From Chloroflexota bacterium (GTDB lineage Bacteria > Chloroflexota > Anaerolineae > Anaerolineales > E44-bin32): DNA of 64,000 bases. The DNA is taken from assembly GCA_022561215.1 (NCBI GenBank), contig JADFRQ010000012.1, positions 3,247 through 67,246 on the forward strand, read 5' to 3'. The first letter of the stretch is position 1; each line of letters begins with the position of its first letter. This document shows positions 47,918 to 57,730 of this stretch, piece by piece. Below the pieces are notes generated by a model. The model was not told the DNA's origin, made no database searches, and saw only the letters and a program-made list of their open reading frames with translations. A program made the translations under genes and the position numbers.

Positions 47918-49435
47918 ATGATAGATATCTTGTTCGGTCAATCCTACTTTCTCAAGTTTGACCCCAAACTCTGGGAGGCCATGCAGCCTTATCCCCCGCT
48001 TGGTACATTGTATGCCGCCAGCTATCTTCGCCAGGGTGGCTACAGCGTGGCATTATTCGATGCCATGCTGGCAGGATCCGAGGCTGAGTGGGCAGAAAGC
48101 CTGGATTCGCAGAAGCCGACGTACGCAGTAATTTACGAGGATAATTTCAATTATTTAACCAAAATGTGCCTCTTGCGCATGCGCAGTGCGGCCTTCTTAA
48201 TGTGCGCGATGGCCAAGCAACGCGGTTGTATCGTGATTGTTGCCGGATCGGACGCGACCGATCATTTCGAGAATTATCTATCACACGGCGCAGATTTTGT
48301 CTTGATTGGGGAGGGAGAGGAAACGCTGCATGAGCTCCTGAGCGCGTTGTCCGGTAAAGCTGAGAAGCCTCTTAATACAATTCAAGGGCTCGCATATTCT
48401 GAGGGGGAGGTTGTTGTAAAAACTACCCGCCGTCCCGATATTCGAGATTTAGATGCTCTGCCTTTTCCGGCATGGGATTTGGTGGATATCGAGGCCTATC
48501 GGGATATTTGGCTAAAACGGCACGGCTACTTTTCAATGAATATGGTGACCACGAGAGGCTGTCCCTTTCATTGCAATTGGTGTGCAAAACCCATTTGGGG
48601 CCAGCGCTATAATGCTCGCAGTCCACAGAATGTGGTGGACGAGATGATTTGGCTAAAAGAGAACTTCCAACCCGATCATCTTTGGTTTGTCGACGATATC
48701 TTCGGATTGAAGCCTGATTGGACCAGGCAATTCGCCCATCGATTACGGGCGGTTCAATTCCGCATTCCCTTCAAGTGCCTCCATCGCGCCGACCTGCTGC
48801 TGCGCGAAGGTGAAGTTGAGGCGCTCAGGGATTCAGGCTGCACTATTGTCTGGATAGGTGCTGAATCTGGATCCCAAAAAATCCTGAATGCCATGGAGAA
48901 GGGCACCAAGATAGAGCAGATTTACGAAGTCACCCGGCGCTTGCACGCGGCGCATATCCAGGTGGGTTTCTTTCTACAATTTGGCTATCCCGGCGAAAGC
49001 ATGGCGGATATAAGAAGGACCCTACAAATGGTACGCATCGCTAAGCCGGATGATATCGGAATATCTGTCTCCTATCCGCTTCCGGGAACAAAATTTTTTG
49101 ATGCGGTGAAAGATCAATTGGGGGCAAAACAAAATTGGATCGTCTCGGATGATCTCGAGATGATGTACCAGGGGCCGTTTTCCACCTTGTTCTACAGGGT
49201 ATTGCATACCATTGTGCACAAGGAATTTCGTTCGCGTCTATTTATTGCCCGAATGAGGGCTGGAAAAGGCATTCGTCTGCGTGCAATTCTCAGGTACTTT
49301 TATTATCAATTCACATTGCCATTGGGGAGGTGGAGGTTGAACAGGCTGGCCAAAAGTCATCATCTAGGGATGATGAGCACATCAACAAATTCAAGCTGGA
49401 AATCTGCTTCCACTCCCACTCCCCAAAATGAGTAA
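47918..49435 (+). CDS. B12-binding domain radical SAM protein
   Basis: YPPLG, GEGE, RGCPFHCNWC, DD, GAESG. Confidence 0.92.
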   Translation: MIDILFGQSYFLKFDPKLWEAMQPYPPLGTLYAASYLRQGGYSVALFDAMLAGSEAEWAESLDSQKPTYAVIYEDNFNYLTKMCLLRMRSAAFLMCAMAKQRGCIVIVAGSDATDHFENYLSHGADFVLIGEGEETLHELLSALSGKAEKPLNTIQGLAYSEGEVVVKTTRRPDIRDLDALPFPAWDLVDIEAYRDIWLKRHGYFSMNMVTTRGCPFHCNWCAKPIWGQRYNARSPQNVVDEMIWLKENFQPDHLWFVDDIFGLKPDWTRQFAHRLRAVQFRIPFKCLHRADLLLREGEVEALRDSGCTIVWIGAESGSQKILNAMEKGTKIEQIYEVTRRLHAAHIQVGFFLQFGYPGESMADIRRTLQMVRIAKPDDIGISVSYPLPGTKFFDAVKDQLGAKQNWIVSDDLEMMYQGPFSTLFYRVLHTIVHKEFRSRLFIARMRAGKGIRLRAILRYFYYQFTLPLGRWRLNRLAKSHHLGMMSTSTNSSWKSASTPTPQNE

Positions 49436-50234
49436 AGAGTTCGCTACTGTAGCGGAGGCTTTTTCCAAGAAAGCCCTGGTTTATGATCGCTTTGGCGAAA
49501 ATCATCCCAACTTAACGCGCATGCGCGAGATCGTGTACAAACATGTATTATCCCTTATCGAACCAGGATCCAAGATGCTTGAAATTAACGCCGGAACCGG
49601 GACCGATGCAAGTGCCTTCGCCTCGCAAGGTTTTCGAATCCACGCAACCGACATTTCGAGAGAAATGGTGAACAATATCGATGAAAAGATCAGGGTGCAC
49701 GGCCTTGATTCGAATTTGAGCTCACAACAGATTTCCTTTACCGAGCTCCATCGAGTGAATCATCAACCTTTTCAATACATTCTCTCCAATTTGGGCGGGT
49801 TGAACTGCATCTCGAGTCTCGATGAGGTTGTTGAGGGGATTTCATCGATTTTGACTCCGGGTGGCATTGTGACCGTTGTAATCATGCCCCCCATTTGTCC
49901 CTGGGAGTGGTTTGCGCTGCTGCGCGGTGATACCAAAACGGCCACCCGCAGGTTGCACGCCGATGGTGTACTTGCCAATATCGAGGGGGTTCAATTTATG
50001 ACCTACTACCATACACCTGGGCAAGTGCGTGAATCCTTCGGAAGTGATTATGTACCGCTCAAACGCAGCGCTCTTTCTTTGTTTTCCCCGCCGGCCGACA
50101 ATAAGAAATTCCCCCGCAAACACCCAAACTTGTACCGAATTCTGGTTAAGCTAGACCAGCTATTGGGCCACCATCCACCCTTTAACAATTGGGGGGATTT
50201 TTTCATCGCTTCCTATAAATTTCAGCCGAAATGA
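49428..50234 (+). CDS. Class I SAM-dependent methyltransferase
   Basis: LEINAGTG, TDIS, SNLGGLNC. Confidence 0.88.
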   Translation: MSKEFATVAEAFSKKALVYDRFGENHPNLTRMREIVYKHVLSLIEPGSKMLEINAGTGTDASAFASQGFRIHATDISREMVNNIDEKIRVHGLDSNLSSQQISFTELHRVNHQPFQYILSNLGGLNCISSLDEVVEGISSILTPGGIVTVVIMPPICPWEWFALLRGDTKTATRRLHADGVLANIEGVQFMTYYHTPGQVRESFGSDYVPLKRSALSLFSPPADNKKFPRKHPNLYRILVKLDQLLGHHPPFNNWGDFFIASYKFQPK

Positions 50235-51184
50235 GTGCACCAGAATTCGTTTGTCCGCTCTGTAAATCCTCTCTGGTCGCAATTCATGATGCATTATTGC
50301 GCTGCACGACTGATGGTCTGGAATATAGAAAAGAAAACTCCATTTGGCATTTTATTCCAGCCGTCCGGCTTGCGCGTTACGAACGTTTCATTGACGAATA
50401 TGAAATGATCCGGGTGGCAGAAGGCCGCGGTTCCAATGACGCGGATTATTATCGGTCGCTGCCATTCCAGGACACAAGCAAAAAATTTGAAAAACAGTGG
50501 GCGATCCGAGCAAAAAGTTTCCAGTCCCTGGTCAAACAATTTATCATCCCGATGGAAGCCGAACGAGACGAGCCCTTACGCATCCTCGATTTAGGTGCAG
50601 GCAATAGCTGGTTGGCCAACCGGCTGGCCTTGCGGGCGAATCATGTCACGGCGGTTGATTTGTTATTAAATTCTTATGATGGCTTGGGGGCACGCGTTTA
50701 TTACGAAACAGAATTTACATCGGTTCAAGCTGAATTTGATTATTTGCCTTTCGGAGAGAACTCCTTCGACCTATCGATTTACAATTCTTCACTACATTAT
50801 TCAACTAGCTATCATGACACGTTAAAGGAGGCCGTACGCGTCCTGAAACCAGAAGGCCAGATTGTGATCATCGATTCGCCGCTCTATAAAAATGAGCAAA
50901 GCGGGATTCAAATGCTCTCGGAACGTGAAGAATATTTCTTGGCTACTTTTGGAATTAAATCAAATGCCATGCAGAGCAAAGGTTTCTTGACCTATTCCAA
51001 ATTGGAACAATTGGCTGATCAATTATCCCTGGAGATCGATTTTATTACCCCGAATTACGGCCTTGCGTGGAGCATGCGACCCTTCATCGCCAGGATTCGC
51101 AGAACCCGCGAACCGGCGACATTTTCACTCATCCGCGCGCAAACCCGTGCCGGAGCTACTCCTTCCCCTCGAATTTCGCCCTAG
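50231..51184 (+). CDS. Class I SAM-dependent methyltransferase with N-terminal CPxC element
   Basis: CPLC; LDLGAG; LKPEG. Confidence 0.88.
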   Translation: MSAPEFVCPLCKSSLVAIHDALLRCTTDGLEYRKENSIWHFIPAVRLARYERFIDEYEMIRVAEGRGSNDADYYRSLPFQDTSKKFEKQWAIRAKSFQSLVKQFIIPMEAERDEPLRILDLGAGNSWLANRLALRANHVTAVDLLLNSYDGLGARVYYETEFTSVQAEFDYLPFGENSFDLSIYNSSLHYSTSYHDTLKEAVRVLKPEGQIVIIDSPLYKNEQSGIQMLSEREEYFLATFGIKSNAMQSKGFLTYSKLEQLADQLSLEIDFITPNYGLAWSMRPFIARIRRTREPATFSLIRAQTRAGATPSPRISP

Positions 51185-52465
51185 ATGACTTTTGATCCCC
51201 GTGCGATCGCGGTCCGCCTGGCGCGTAACAGCGGCTGGCTCCTGTTCTCCAGATTAATCAGCCAGGGGTTGGCGGTCCTATTTACGGTTCTTGTCGCCCG
51301 CAGTTTGGGAAATGCGGGATTGGGACAGTTCGCGTTGATTAGTTCCATTATCCTCTTCGGGAATATTCTTACGACGTTCGGGCTGGATACCCATTTGATC
51401 CGCAGCATCGCCGGCAAACAGAGCACCAACCCCGAGACTCTTTCTGGAGTGGTTTGGATTCAACTGATACTCACTACTGGATTTATCCTACTGCTCGTTA
51501 TTTTTTCAGCCTCTCTTCCTCAGGTCCTCGCCAATACGCGGACTGCTCTTTTGTTGTACAGCTTTTCTCTTGTGCCCTCGGCCTTTTACACAGTTTATAG
51601 CGCTGCATTTAGAGCCTATGAACGAATGGATCTGTTTGCAGGCGGAAGCTTGCTCTTAATCGGCCTGCAAACGGCCGGTGCTGCCGTCCTATTTTTTTCC
51701 GGTGGCAGCTTACTGCAACTCATCGCCGTCGTCGTTTTCTCACAATTTATGGCCGCCTTTTATGGACGCCTGATGAGTACCAAACATCTTCCCGCGTTCA
51801 AGATACGGATATTTGCTTCCTCGAGTGTGCTGAAAGAACTGCTGAGACTGGGATGGCCGTTGGCGTTGCTTTCCGGGCTAGGATTCCTTACGCAGCGTAC
51901 GGGCATCTTTTTGTTATCCCTGCTTGTCGATGAAGGGACGACGGGTTTGTACGCTGCGGCTCTGAAGGTCGCCGAATCATTCAAAATAATTCCCTATGCG
52001 TTGCTGGGTTCACTGTTCCCCGTGATAGCTACTTTTTCCCAGGGGAGGAGCAGACGTCAACCCGAATCCCGGGCTGCAATAGCCTATTTGAGGCGTATCA
52101 CTGTACTGCTGATAACACTCGGGATCGCATTCTCGATTCTTGTAAGCATTTTTGCAATGCCCATAATCGAGTTACTCTTTGGGGATGAATTCATCCCGGC
52201 AATTCCGGCGTTGCGAATTCTCATTTGGATGGTTGTTCCTTATGTTTACAACGCCAGAGTAACCCTCGACCTTGTTGTACAAGGAAAGGAACGATTAGCC
52301 ACTTTCGTAACGGGGCTTTCATTGCTTCTTTCGTACATTATTTACTACCTGCTGATTTCCACTTTTGGTTTAGTGGGTGCCGCCGTGGCGACGCTTGTCG
52401 TCGAAATTCTTCAGGCACTTTTCTTCCTGCTGCTCCGTCGAAATCGGGCCCTCTTGCATAGCTGA
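51185..52465 (+). CDS. Wzx-type polysaccharide flippase
   Basis: ARNSGW...ARSLG...G, FG, GLYAAA, GLVGAA; about 12 TM segments. Confidence 0.88.
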   Translation: MTFDPRAIAVRLARNSGWLLFSRLISQGLAVLFTVLVARSLGNAGLGQFALISSIILFGNILTTFGLDTHLIRSIAGKQSTNPETLSGVVWIQLILTTGFILLLVIFSASLPQVLANTRTALLLYSFSLVPSAFYTVYSAAFRAYERMDLFAGGSLLLIGLQTAGAAVLFFSGGSLLQLIAVVVFSQFMAAFYGRLMSTKHLPAFKIRIFASSSVLKELLRLGWPLALLSGLGFLTQRTGIFLLSLLVDEGTTGLYAAALKVAESFKIIPYALLGSLFPVIATFSQGRSRRQPESRAAIAYLRRITVLLITLGIAFSILVSIFAMPIIELLFGDEFIPAIPALRILIWMVVPYVYNARVTLDLVVQGKERLATFVTGLSLLLSYIIYYLLISTFGLVGAAVATLVVEILQALFFLLLRRNRALLHS

Positions 52466-52471
52466 TATAAT
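52463..52471 (+). promoter_or_regulatory. Extended -10 element (TGaTATAAT) 9 nt upstream of the nucleoside phosphorylase ATG
   Basis: Perfect TG-n-TATAAT; no SD before ATG 52481. Confidence 0.5.
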
Positions 52472-52480
52472 CGCTGCGCA

Positions 52481-53257
52481 ATGCCTTTTCCCAATACTCC
52501 AGAGAAAATATCCTTCCAATCCACGCTTAATGCCAAACAGGTGTTCGCCGCGCGCATGCAGAGCAAGAAAATCGGCACAATAAATTCACCGCAGGGGGTG
52601 ATATTCCTTTACCAGAACAGCCTCATTAAGCACATTAAGAAAAAACACAAACTTTCAAGGAAAAGTTCAATTTTCTTTGGGGACTACTACACGCTCACGG
52701 GGATTAACGGTGGGGTGGGCTTGATCTCCAATTTTGGAATTGGATCCCCGGTTACAGCCGTACTAGTGGAAGAATTGGCGGCCTGGGGAGTGAAAAATTT
52801 TATCCTGGTCGGTTTGGCCGGCGCATTGGACGAAAGGCTGCCGAGCGCTGCCCTTGTCGTTTGTGACCGGACCATCCGTGATGAAGGCACATCACACCAT
52901 TATTTGCCCCCAGGCAGATTGGCAAACCCCTCGCCTCATTTGACAAAAAAACTATCCAAGAATCTCACCGCGATGGGGATCAAACACAAAATTGGTGGGA
53001 GCTGGACAACCGATGCTCCCTACAGAGAAACGCATGAAGAGATTTTGGCGTATAGACGGGAAGGAATTCTCACGGTGGAGATGGAAGCTGCCGCGTTATT
53101 CGCGGTTTCCCAAACCCTGGGCTTAAACTCTGCGGCGGCATTCGCAATTGGCGATGCCTATAACGGCCAATCATGGACCATCGATTTTGATCACGCTAAA
53201 ATAACGGGTAGTCTTTTGCAATTGTTCGACGCTGCGTTACGGTCTCTCCCATCTTGA
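52481..53257 (+). CDS. Nucleoside (uridine/purine) phosphorylase, PNP_UDP_1 family
   Basis: GIGSP, RDEGTS, WTTDAPYRET, VEMEAA. Confidence 0.88.
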   Translation: MPFPNTPEKISFQSTLNAKQVFAARMQSKKIGTINSPQGVIFLYQNSLIKHIKKKHKLSRKSSIFFGDYYTLTGINGGVGLISNFGIGSPVTAVLVEELAAWGVKNFILVGLAGALDERLPSAALVVCDRTIRDEGTSHHYLPPGRLANPSPHLTKKLSKNLTAMGIKHKIGGSWTTDAPYRETHEEILAYRREGILTVEMEAAALFAVSQTLGLNSAAAFAIGDAYNGQSWTIDFDHAKITGSLLQLFDAALRSLPS

Positions 53258-54420
53258 TCGCGCCGGCAATCGTCATATCCGCATATTCCAGACCTGATGC
53301 ATTAGGCAGGTTGCTTAGCTCCCTCGAAAATTCAAGATATCCACCCGACGCAAATGTCAAGTTAATCATATCCATCGATAAGGGTGAGGCTGTCGCAGTT
53401 GATAATGTGGCCAAGGACTTTCAATGGAACCATGGCGAGGTGGAAATTATCCTGCATGATCGGCATCTGGGACTGTTCGACCAGTTCCTCTTCTGCGGTG
53501 ACCTCAGTGCGCGGCATGGCCAGGTCCTTCTTCTTGAAGACGACCTGATCGTCTCGCCCTTTTTTTACACCTACGCTACAGCTGCTCTATCGGCGTTTGC
53601 TGAAGTAGGTAAAATCGCCGGCATCTCTCTTTATGCCATCTGGTTCAACGGGTATACGCATCATCCCTTTCAGCCGATTGCGGATGGCGGAGATAACTTT
53701 TTCCTGCAGATTCCCATTTCGCATGGCATGGCGATTTCAGCGGCTCAATGGACGCGCTGGCGTGAATGGTTGAGAGCAAACTCGCCTGAGGTCAGTGTAG
53801 ATGACCCGATCCATGAAATGTTCGCAAAATTTGAAGCAGATGAGTGGTTCCCCTCCATGACGCATTATCTCGCGGCAACGGATCAATATTTCGTCTATCC
53901 GCGTCGATCTTTATCCACCAATATGGGTGAGACCGGCACTCATTTTTCATCATCGACAAACTACTTTCAAGTCCCGCTGCAAATGGCTGAACGCACATAT
54001 GCCTTTCGTTCCTTTGATGATGCGCTTGCCGTATACGATTCGTTTTACGAAATCTTGCCCTCGAGGCTAGACAGGCTGACCGATAAATTTCGTGATTACG
54101 AATACCAAGTGGATCTAAATGGCACGAAATCAGGATCGAAATTAACCGCGCCCTATGTACTCTCGACCAGGCCCTCCAGGAAAAACATCTTTAGCTTCGG
54201 AAAATCAATGCGGCCATTGGAAGCCAATAGCATCCATGATATCGAAGGGGAAGGAATTACCTTTAGCAGGCGAGAGGATTTGCGCTGGGGCTGGTTTGCC
54301 GAACTGTCTATGAAGGAGAGCAACTACGCTTACTTCACACGTGGACTGCGACCTTCATTCTTCACGCTGCTGGCGTATCGGCTGCTTAATAAGGCAAGAC
54401 ATCTTCTGCGTAGGTCGTAA
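53254..54420 (+). CDS. Glycosyltransferase, GT-A fold
   Basis: AYSRP...L, ISID, LEDD. Confidence 0.75.
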   Translation: MIAPAIVISAYSRPDALGRLLSSLENSRYPPDANVKLIISIDKGEAVAVDNVAKDFQWNHGEVEIILHDRHLGLFDQFLFCGDLSARHGQVLLLEDDLIVSPFFYTYATAALSAFAEVGKIAGISLYAIWFNGYTHHPFQPIADGGDNFFLQIPISHGMAISAAQWTRWREWLRANSPEVSVDDPIHEMFAKFEADEWFPSMTHYLAATDQYFVYPRRSLSTNMGETGTHFSSSTNYFQVPLQMAERTYAFRSFDDALAVYDSFYEILPSRLDRLTDKFRDYEYQVDLNGTKSGSKLTAPYVLSTRPSRKNIFSFGKSMRPLEANSIHDIEGEGITFSRREDLRWGWFAELSMKESNYAYFTRGLRPSFFTLLAYRLLNKARHLLRRS

Positions 54421-54533
54421 TACATTTGTAAGCGAGGGGAGGTGGGTCTCGTTGGTCCGATAGATCTTGACAATTGAGAAAGACCATTGGGGAGCCGGGA
54501 AAAAATTATTCTCGTGTGTAAAAGTGGCCATGA

Positions 54534-54574
54534 GCCCCGCTAGCGCAATTGGCAGAGCAACTGACTCTTAATCA
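54534..54574 (+). pseudogene. 5' half of a tRNA-Lys(CTT)
   Basis: CCCGCTAGCGCAATTGGCAGAGCAACTGACTCTTAATCA nearly matches the 5' half of the 60133 tRNA, then breaks off. Confidence 0.8.
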
Positions 54575-54586
54575 TAGCGGCGCATA

Positions 54587-54662
54587 GGCCCCATAGCTCA
54601 ATTGGCAGAGCACGCGACTCTTAATCGTTAGGTTCCAGGTTCGAGTCCTGGTGGGGTCACCA
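54587..54662 (+). tRNA. tRNA-Lys(CTT)
   Basis: GGCCCCA/TGGGGTC acceptor; loop CTCTTAA; GGTTCGAGTCC; encoded CCA; one mismatch in the anticodon stem. Confidence 0.88.
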
Positions 54663-54854
54663 AAGTCTGTATAAACTTCTGCCGGTCCTGAGACAGGAAA
54701 GAGAAAAGAGCTTACTTAATTAGCAAGCTCCTCTCTTTGCTCGAATTCGCTGGTATCTATGGAACTGATTGCATCCCGTTGTAAGCGCGGACAATAATAA
54801 TTCGCATTACTTGAATAACTACGTTTTGGATAGCGTGTAATCCGCTAGACAGAA

Positions 54855-55400
54855 TTATTGATCGACTGGCGGAAAATCGAGCATTTCCTCCACATTCCAA
54901 GAAACTGCAATTCCAAACCATTTCTCAAATAGTGATTGCCACGTCCCATCGGCGATCATTTCGCGTAGTACACTGTTAACCTCATCGCGAAGATCTTCAT
55001 CTCCCAGCGGAAATGCAACGCCCATCGGACCGAGTAGGGAATTGTCCGTTAAAAGCGTCATCATATCCGGGTCCATAAAGCTCGCCAATTGAACCCAATC
55101 GAGATAAAGCGCCGCAGCGTGTCTAAATCCATTATTAAGTCCAATTCCGCCGAGTGCTTCATCCATGTCCGAATAGCCAATTACATCAAACGTGAAACCA
55201 AGCGCATCCGCCACTTCGTTTAACCCGTCCGCCATAAAAACGAGTGTTGCAATGGTTTCACCATCTAAATCTGAAATGGAGCTAAAACCTTCACCCTAGT
55301 GTGTGAGAAAACTATCCCCTCATAACAAGTAGCCACCCTAAAATAACGCAGGTTCCTCGCGAGAAGCGGTGTGCATCACCGCGCGCACAAACATGTCAAC
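54855..55400 (-). pseudogene. Truncated paralog of the amino-acid ABC substrate-binding protein at 60875-61771
   Basis: VDMFVRA...ALF*GGYLL*GDSFLTH*GEGFSS...WQSLFEKWFG; three in-frame stops; 5' part missing. Confidence 0.85.
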
Positions 55401-55549
55401 TCAGAGTCAAACAAAGCCACACCAGGGAGCTCTGTTCAAGTCACAAGATAAAGGGGCTTTCTATCCGAAATACCGCTCTTATCGAACGCAGTCATCCATA
55501 TTCCCTTTTCCCTGAGATATCTGCTCTGAAGAGTACCACCCTACCTAAA

Positions 55550-56272
55550 CTAATCATAACCGCGGAACAGCTCATAGCGGATGTGTTCGGAAGAGATGCC
55601 GATGGCAGTGAGTGTCTGCAATATGTTCTTGACCATATTTGGTGGACCGGCCACATAGTAGATAGCATCGGATCGTGTAGAGGCAACTTCGCGCAAAAGG
55701 TCTTCATCAATGCGCCCAACGCGATAATCCCACAGAGGAGTTGACGGCGGGTTGTTGATGACGTATAAGATTTCCAGCGCGGGGTTTGCTTCCGAGAGCG
55801 TATCAAGTTGCTGCTTAAAGGGAATATCTTCAATGCTATTATTACCATACAAAAGCATCACCTGCGTCTTAAGACCTTCATCCGCGATGAAATCGGTCAT
55901 ACTTGTAAAGGGCGTGATCCCAATTCCGCCTGCAATAAAGACTGCCGCTTTATCCGCTTCAAGTAAAAATTTCCCTTTCGGTCCAATCAAATTGATGTGA
56001 TCGCCCTTTTGCAACGAGAGGAAAGTTTTCTTGAAATCGCTATCGGACCGGCGAGTAGCCCATTGCAGATAATCTCGGGAGGGCGAGCTAGCAATCGACA
56101 TAGCGTGTCTTTGAGGGCCGTAATCTTTTTCAATCATGAGAAGAACTGACTGGCTTGCTAAGAAGGAAAAGCCATCAGGCTTAGCAACTTTGATTGAGTA
56201 GGTCGAAGCCGTCAATTGCTTAGTTTCCAAAACTTCCGCTAACATTGGTTCGGGTCTTTTGTCTTTTAACAT
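55550..56272 (-). CDS. Ferredoxin-NADP reductase-family FAD/NAD(P) oxidoreductase
   Basis: SIASSP, GPKG, AGGIGITP, AGPP. Confidence 0.85.
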   Translation of the reverse strand: MLKDKRPEPMLAEVLETKQLTASTYSIKVAKPDGFSFLASQSVLLMIEKDYGPQRHAMSIASSPSRDYLQWATRRSDSDFKKTFLSLQKGDHINLIGPKGKFLLEADKAAVFIAGGIGITPFTSMTDFIADEGLKTQVMLLYGNNSIEDIPFKQQLDTLSEANPALEILYVINNPPSTPLWDYRVGRIDEDLLREVASTRSDAIYYVAGPPNMVKNILQTLTAIGISSEHIRYELFRGYD

Positions 56273-56310
56273 AGTGGTTTTTCCATTTGATATTGTGTGT
56301 GGATGTCGTT

Positions 56311-56772
56311 TTACTTTTCGCGCCCCAACCTGGTCAGTACCCCAATAATCAACGCACTAGCGGGAAAGTGCATCAGGCTTAGGCCAATTTTAGTTGAATT
56401 GGCGACATTCGACGGCAGGGAGAGTGGGAGAGTAAACGAACTTGCGAACACTACAACCGAAATAATCCAAAACACTCGAAAGGGTCGAGATAGAAATCTG
56501 CCAAGAATGGCCAAGAGTATCGTTGCTCCAATAGCGGGAACAACATTAAAGATGATAATCACCGCCGCCGGGAGTGCTCGCAATGCGCCGCTAGGACCTC
56601 CCATTGGTATGATGTATGGAATATCAAACGCAGCCTTGGTAACCCAGAAGTAAACAAGATTGAAACTAGCTGCGCCAACTGCCGCAATCAGCCCAACCCG
56701 CCACAGTTTATTAATCGGGACGACTCCTTCATTTTGGGTAAAAATGCTTGCCTTATTTGTTGAGGTTGACAA
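56311..56772 (-). CDS. Small 4-TM membrane protein (DUF6069-like)
   Basis: Four hydrophobic segments, LSLMH; AGGAGG before TTG at 56772. Confidence 0.65.
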   Translation of the reverse strand: MSTSTNKASIFTQNEGVVPINKLWRVGLIAAVGAASFNLVYFWVTKAAFDIPYIIPMGGPSGALRALPAAVIIIFNVVPAIGATILLAILGRFLSRPFRVFWIISVVVFASSFTLPLSLPSNVANSTKIGLSLMHFPASALIIGVLTRLGREK

Positions 56773-56912
56773 AATTTTCCTCCTTAAGCATTGTTGTATT
56801 GGCAATTATTCACGAGCAATTACTTCTGCAAGATACGAGGATTTGGCAATTAACTCCTTTGAGAATAAACACGGTAATTTCTGAAGAACTAAGCAAGTCC
56901 TTGTTGTTTCAC

Positions 56913-57075
56913 TTAGGATGCTGGTGGAGGTGGTTCCTCCAGATCCACTTCATAAAAATAACACCAGTCCCAATTTTCGCCCGGTTCGGCCGATTGAATA
57001 ATCGCGTGTTTTGTCTCGCTAAAATGCTGGCGCGTGGCGATGGGGGGACGAGTCACAACATCCCACAGATCCCCT
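56913..57075 (-). pseudogene. UBP-type zinc finger protein remnant
   Basis: VGCCDSSPHRHA, a frameshift, then QHFSETKHAIIQSAEPGENWDWCY; N-terminus missing. Confidence 0.7.
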
Positions 57076-57234
57076 TCTACAATTTCTTTTCTCAATGTTT
57101 CTTAGCAATATTAAGAACAAACCAAGTTCGGTTCTCGATTTTCCAAGTCAATGTTTATCTCTTTCTGTTTGGTTACCTCTGCTTCTCACTTGGAATTGAT
57201 TATTATAGGCACTGAATACTCAGGCGGCTTATAT

Positions 57235-57246
57235 TTAGCCGGCTAA
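57235..57246. promoter_or_regulatory. Palindromic candidate MarR operator
   Basis: TTAGCCGGCTAA perfect palindrome; related to 57731-57744. Confidence 0.5.
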
Positions 57247-57291
57247 GTTACCAAGAAAAAAACAACACTACTATTCATGGGGAAGGGTCTA

Positions 57292-57711
57292 TTATAATTG
57301 GTTACAAAAACGTCTATGTACACCTTTTTTCTCGAGTATAAAGTTAGCGAGGGCACATTACTCAAGCTGTTCCCACGCTTGTTTTGCAGCGGCCTTAATG
57401 TCACCAGCTTTTTGGGTGAGTTGGACGAGCTAGAAACGGCCATCCTGTTTATCTCCCCAACTAGTTACCCATACGGCCCTTCCAATACGCTGAATCATCC
57501 ATTTGCCCTTTACCAACTTTATGCGCAGGCCATTAGCCAGCTCCGATTACGTTAATTTGTCTTCTTGCCACAGGAATTGCAGCAACATTTCCTGGCTGGC
57601 GTGCAACCGAACATCCATCAACAACCTGTTCGAACAAGGACGATGTCCTACTCCAACTCGCGCAAGTGCGAAGCTGATCATCTCAGAAATTGGCTAAGGA
57701 GTAATGTACAT
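57292..57711 (-). pseudogene. MarR family regulator pseudogene
   Basis: LHASQEMLLQFLWQEDKLT*SELA...DKQDGRF*LVQLT...AWEQLE*; four in-frame stops. Confidence 0.75.
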
Positions 57712-57730
57712 ATTGTCGCGCTCATTTTTA

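Noticed and set aside
45488-53257. Assignment as a hopanoid (hpn) cluster
   Set aside because: No squalene-hopene cyclase or HpnH in the window; the flippase, ligase and GT4 context points to a glycan.
55290-55345. TGA/TAG recoding (Sec/Pyl) in the SBP-like fragment
   Set aside because: The stops align with Ser/Ser/Lys of the intact paralog rather than Cys, are of mixed types, and the gene lacks its 5' end; this is a pseudogene.
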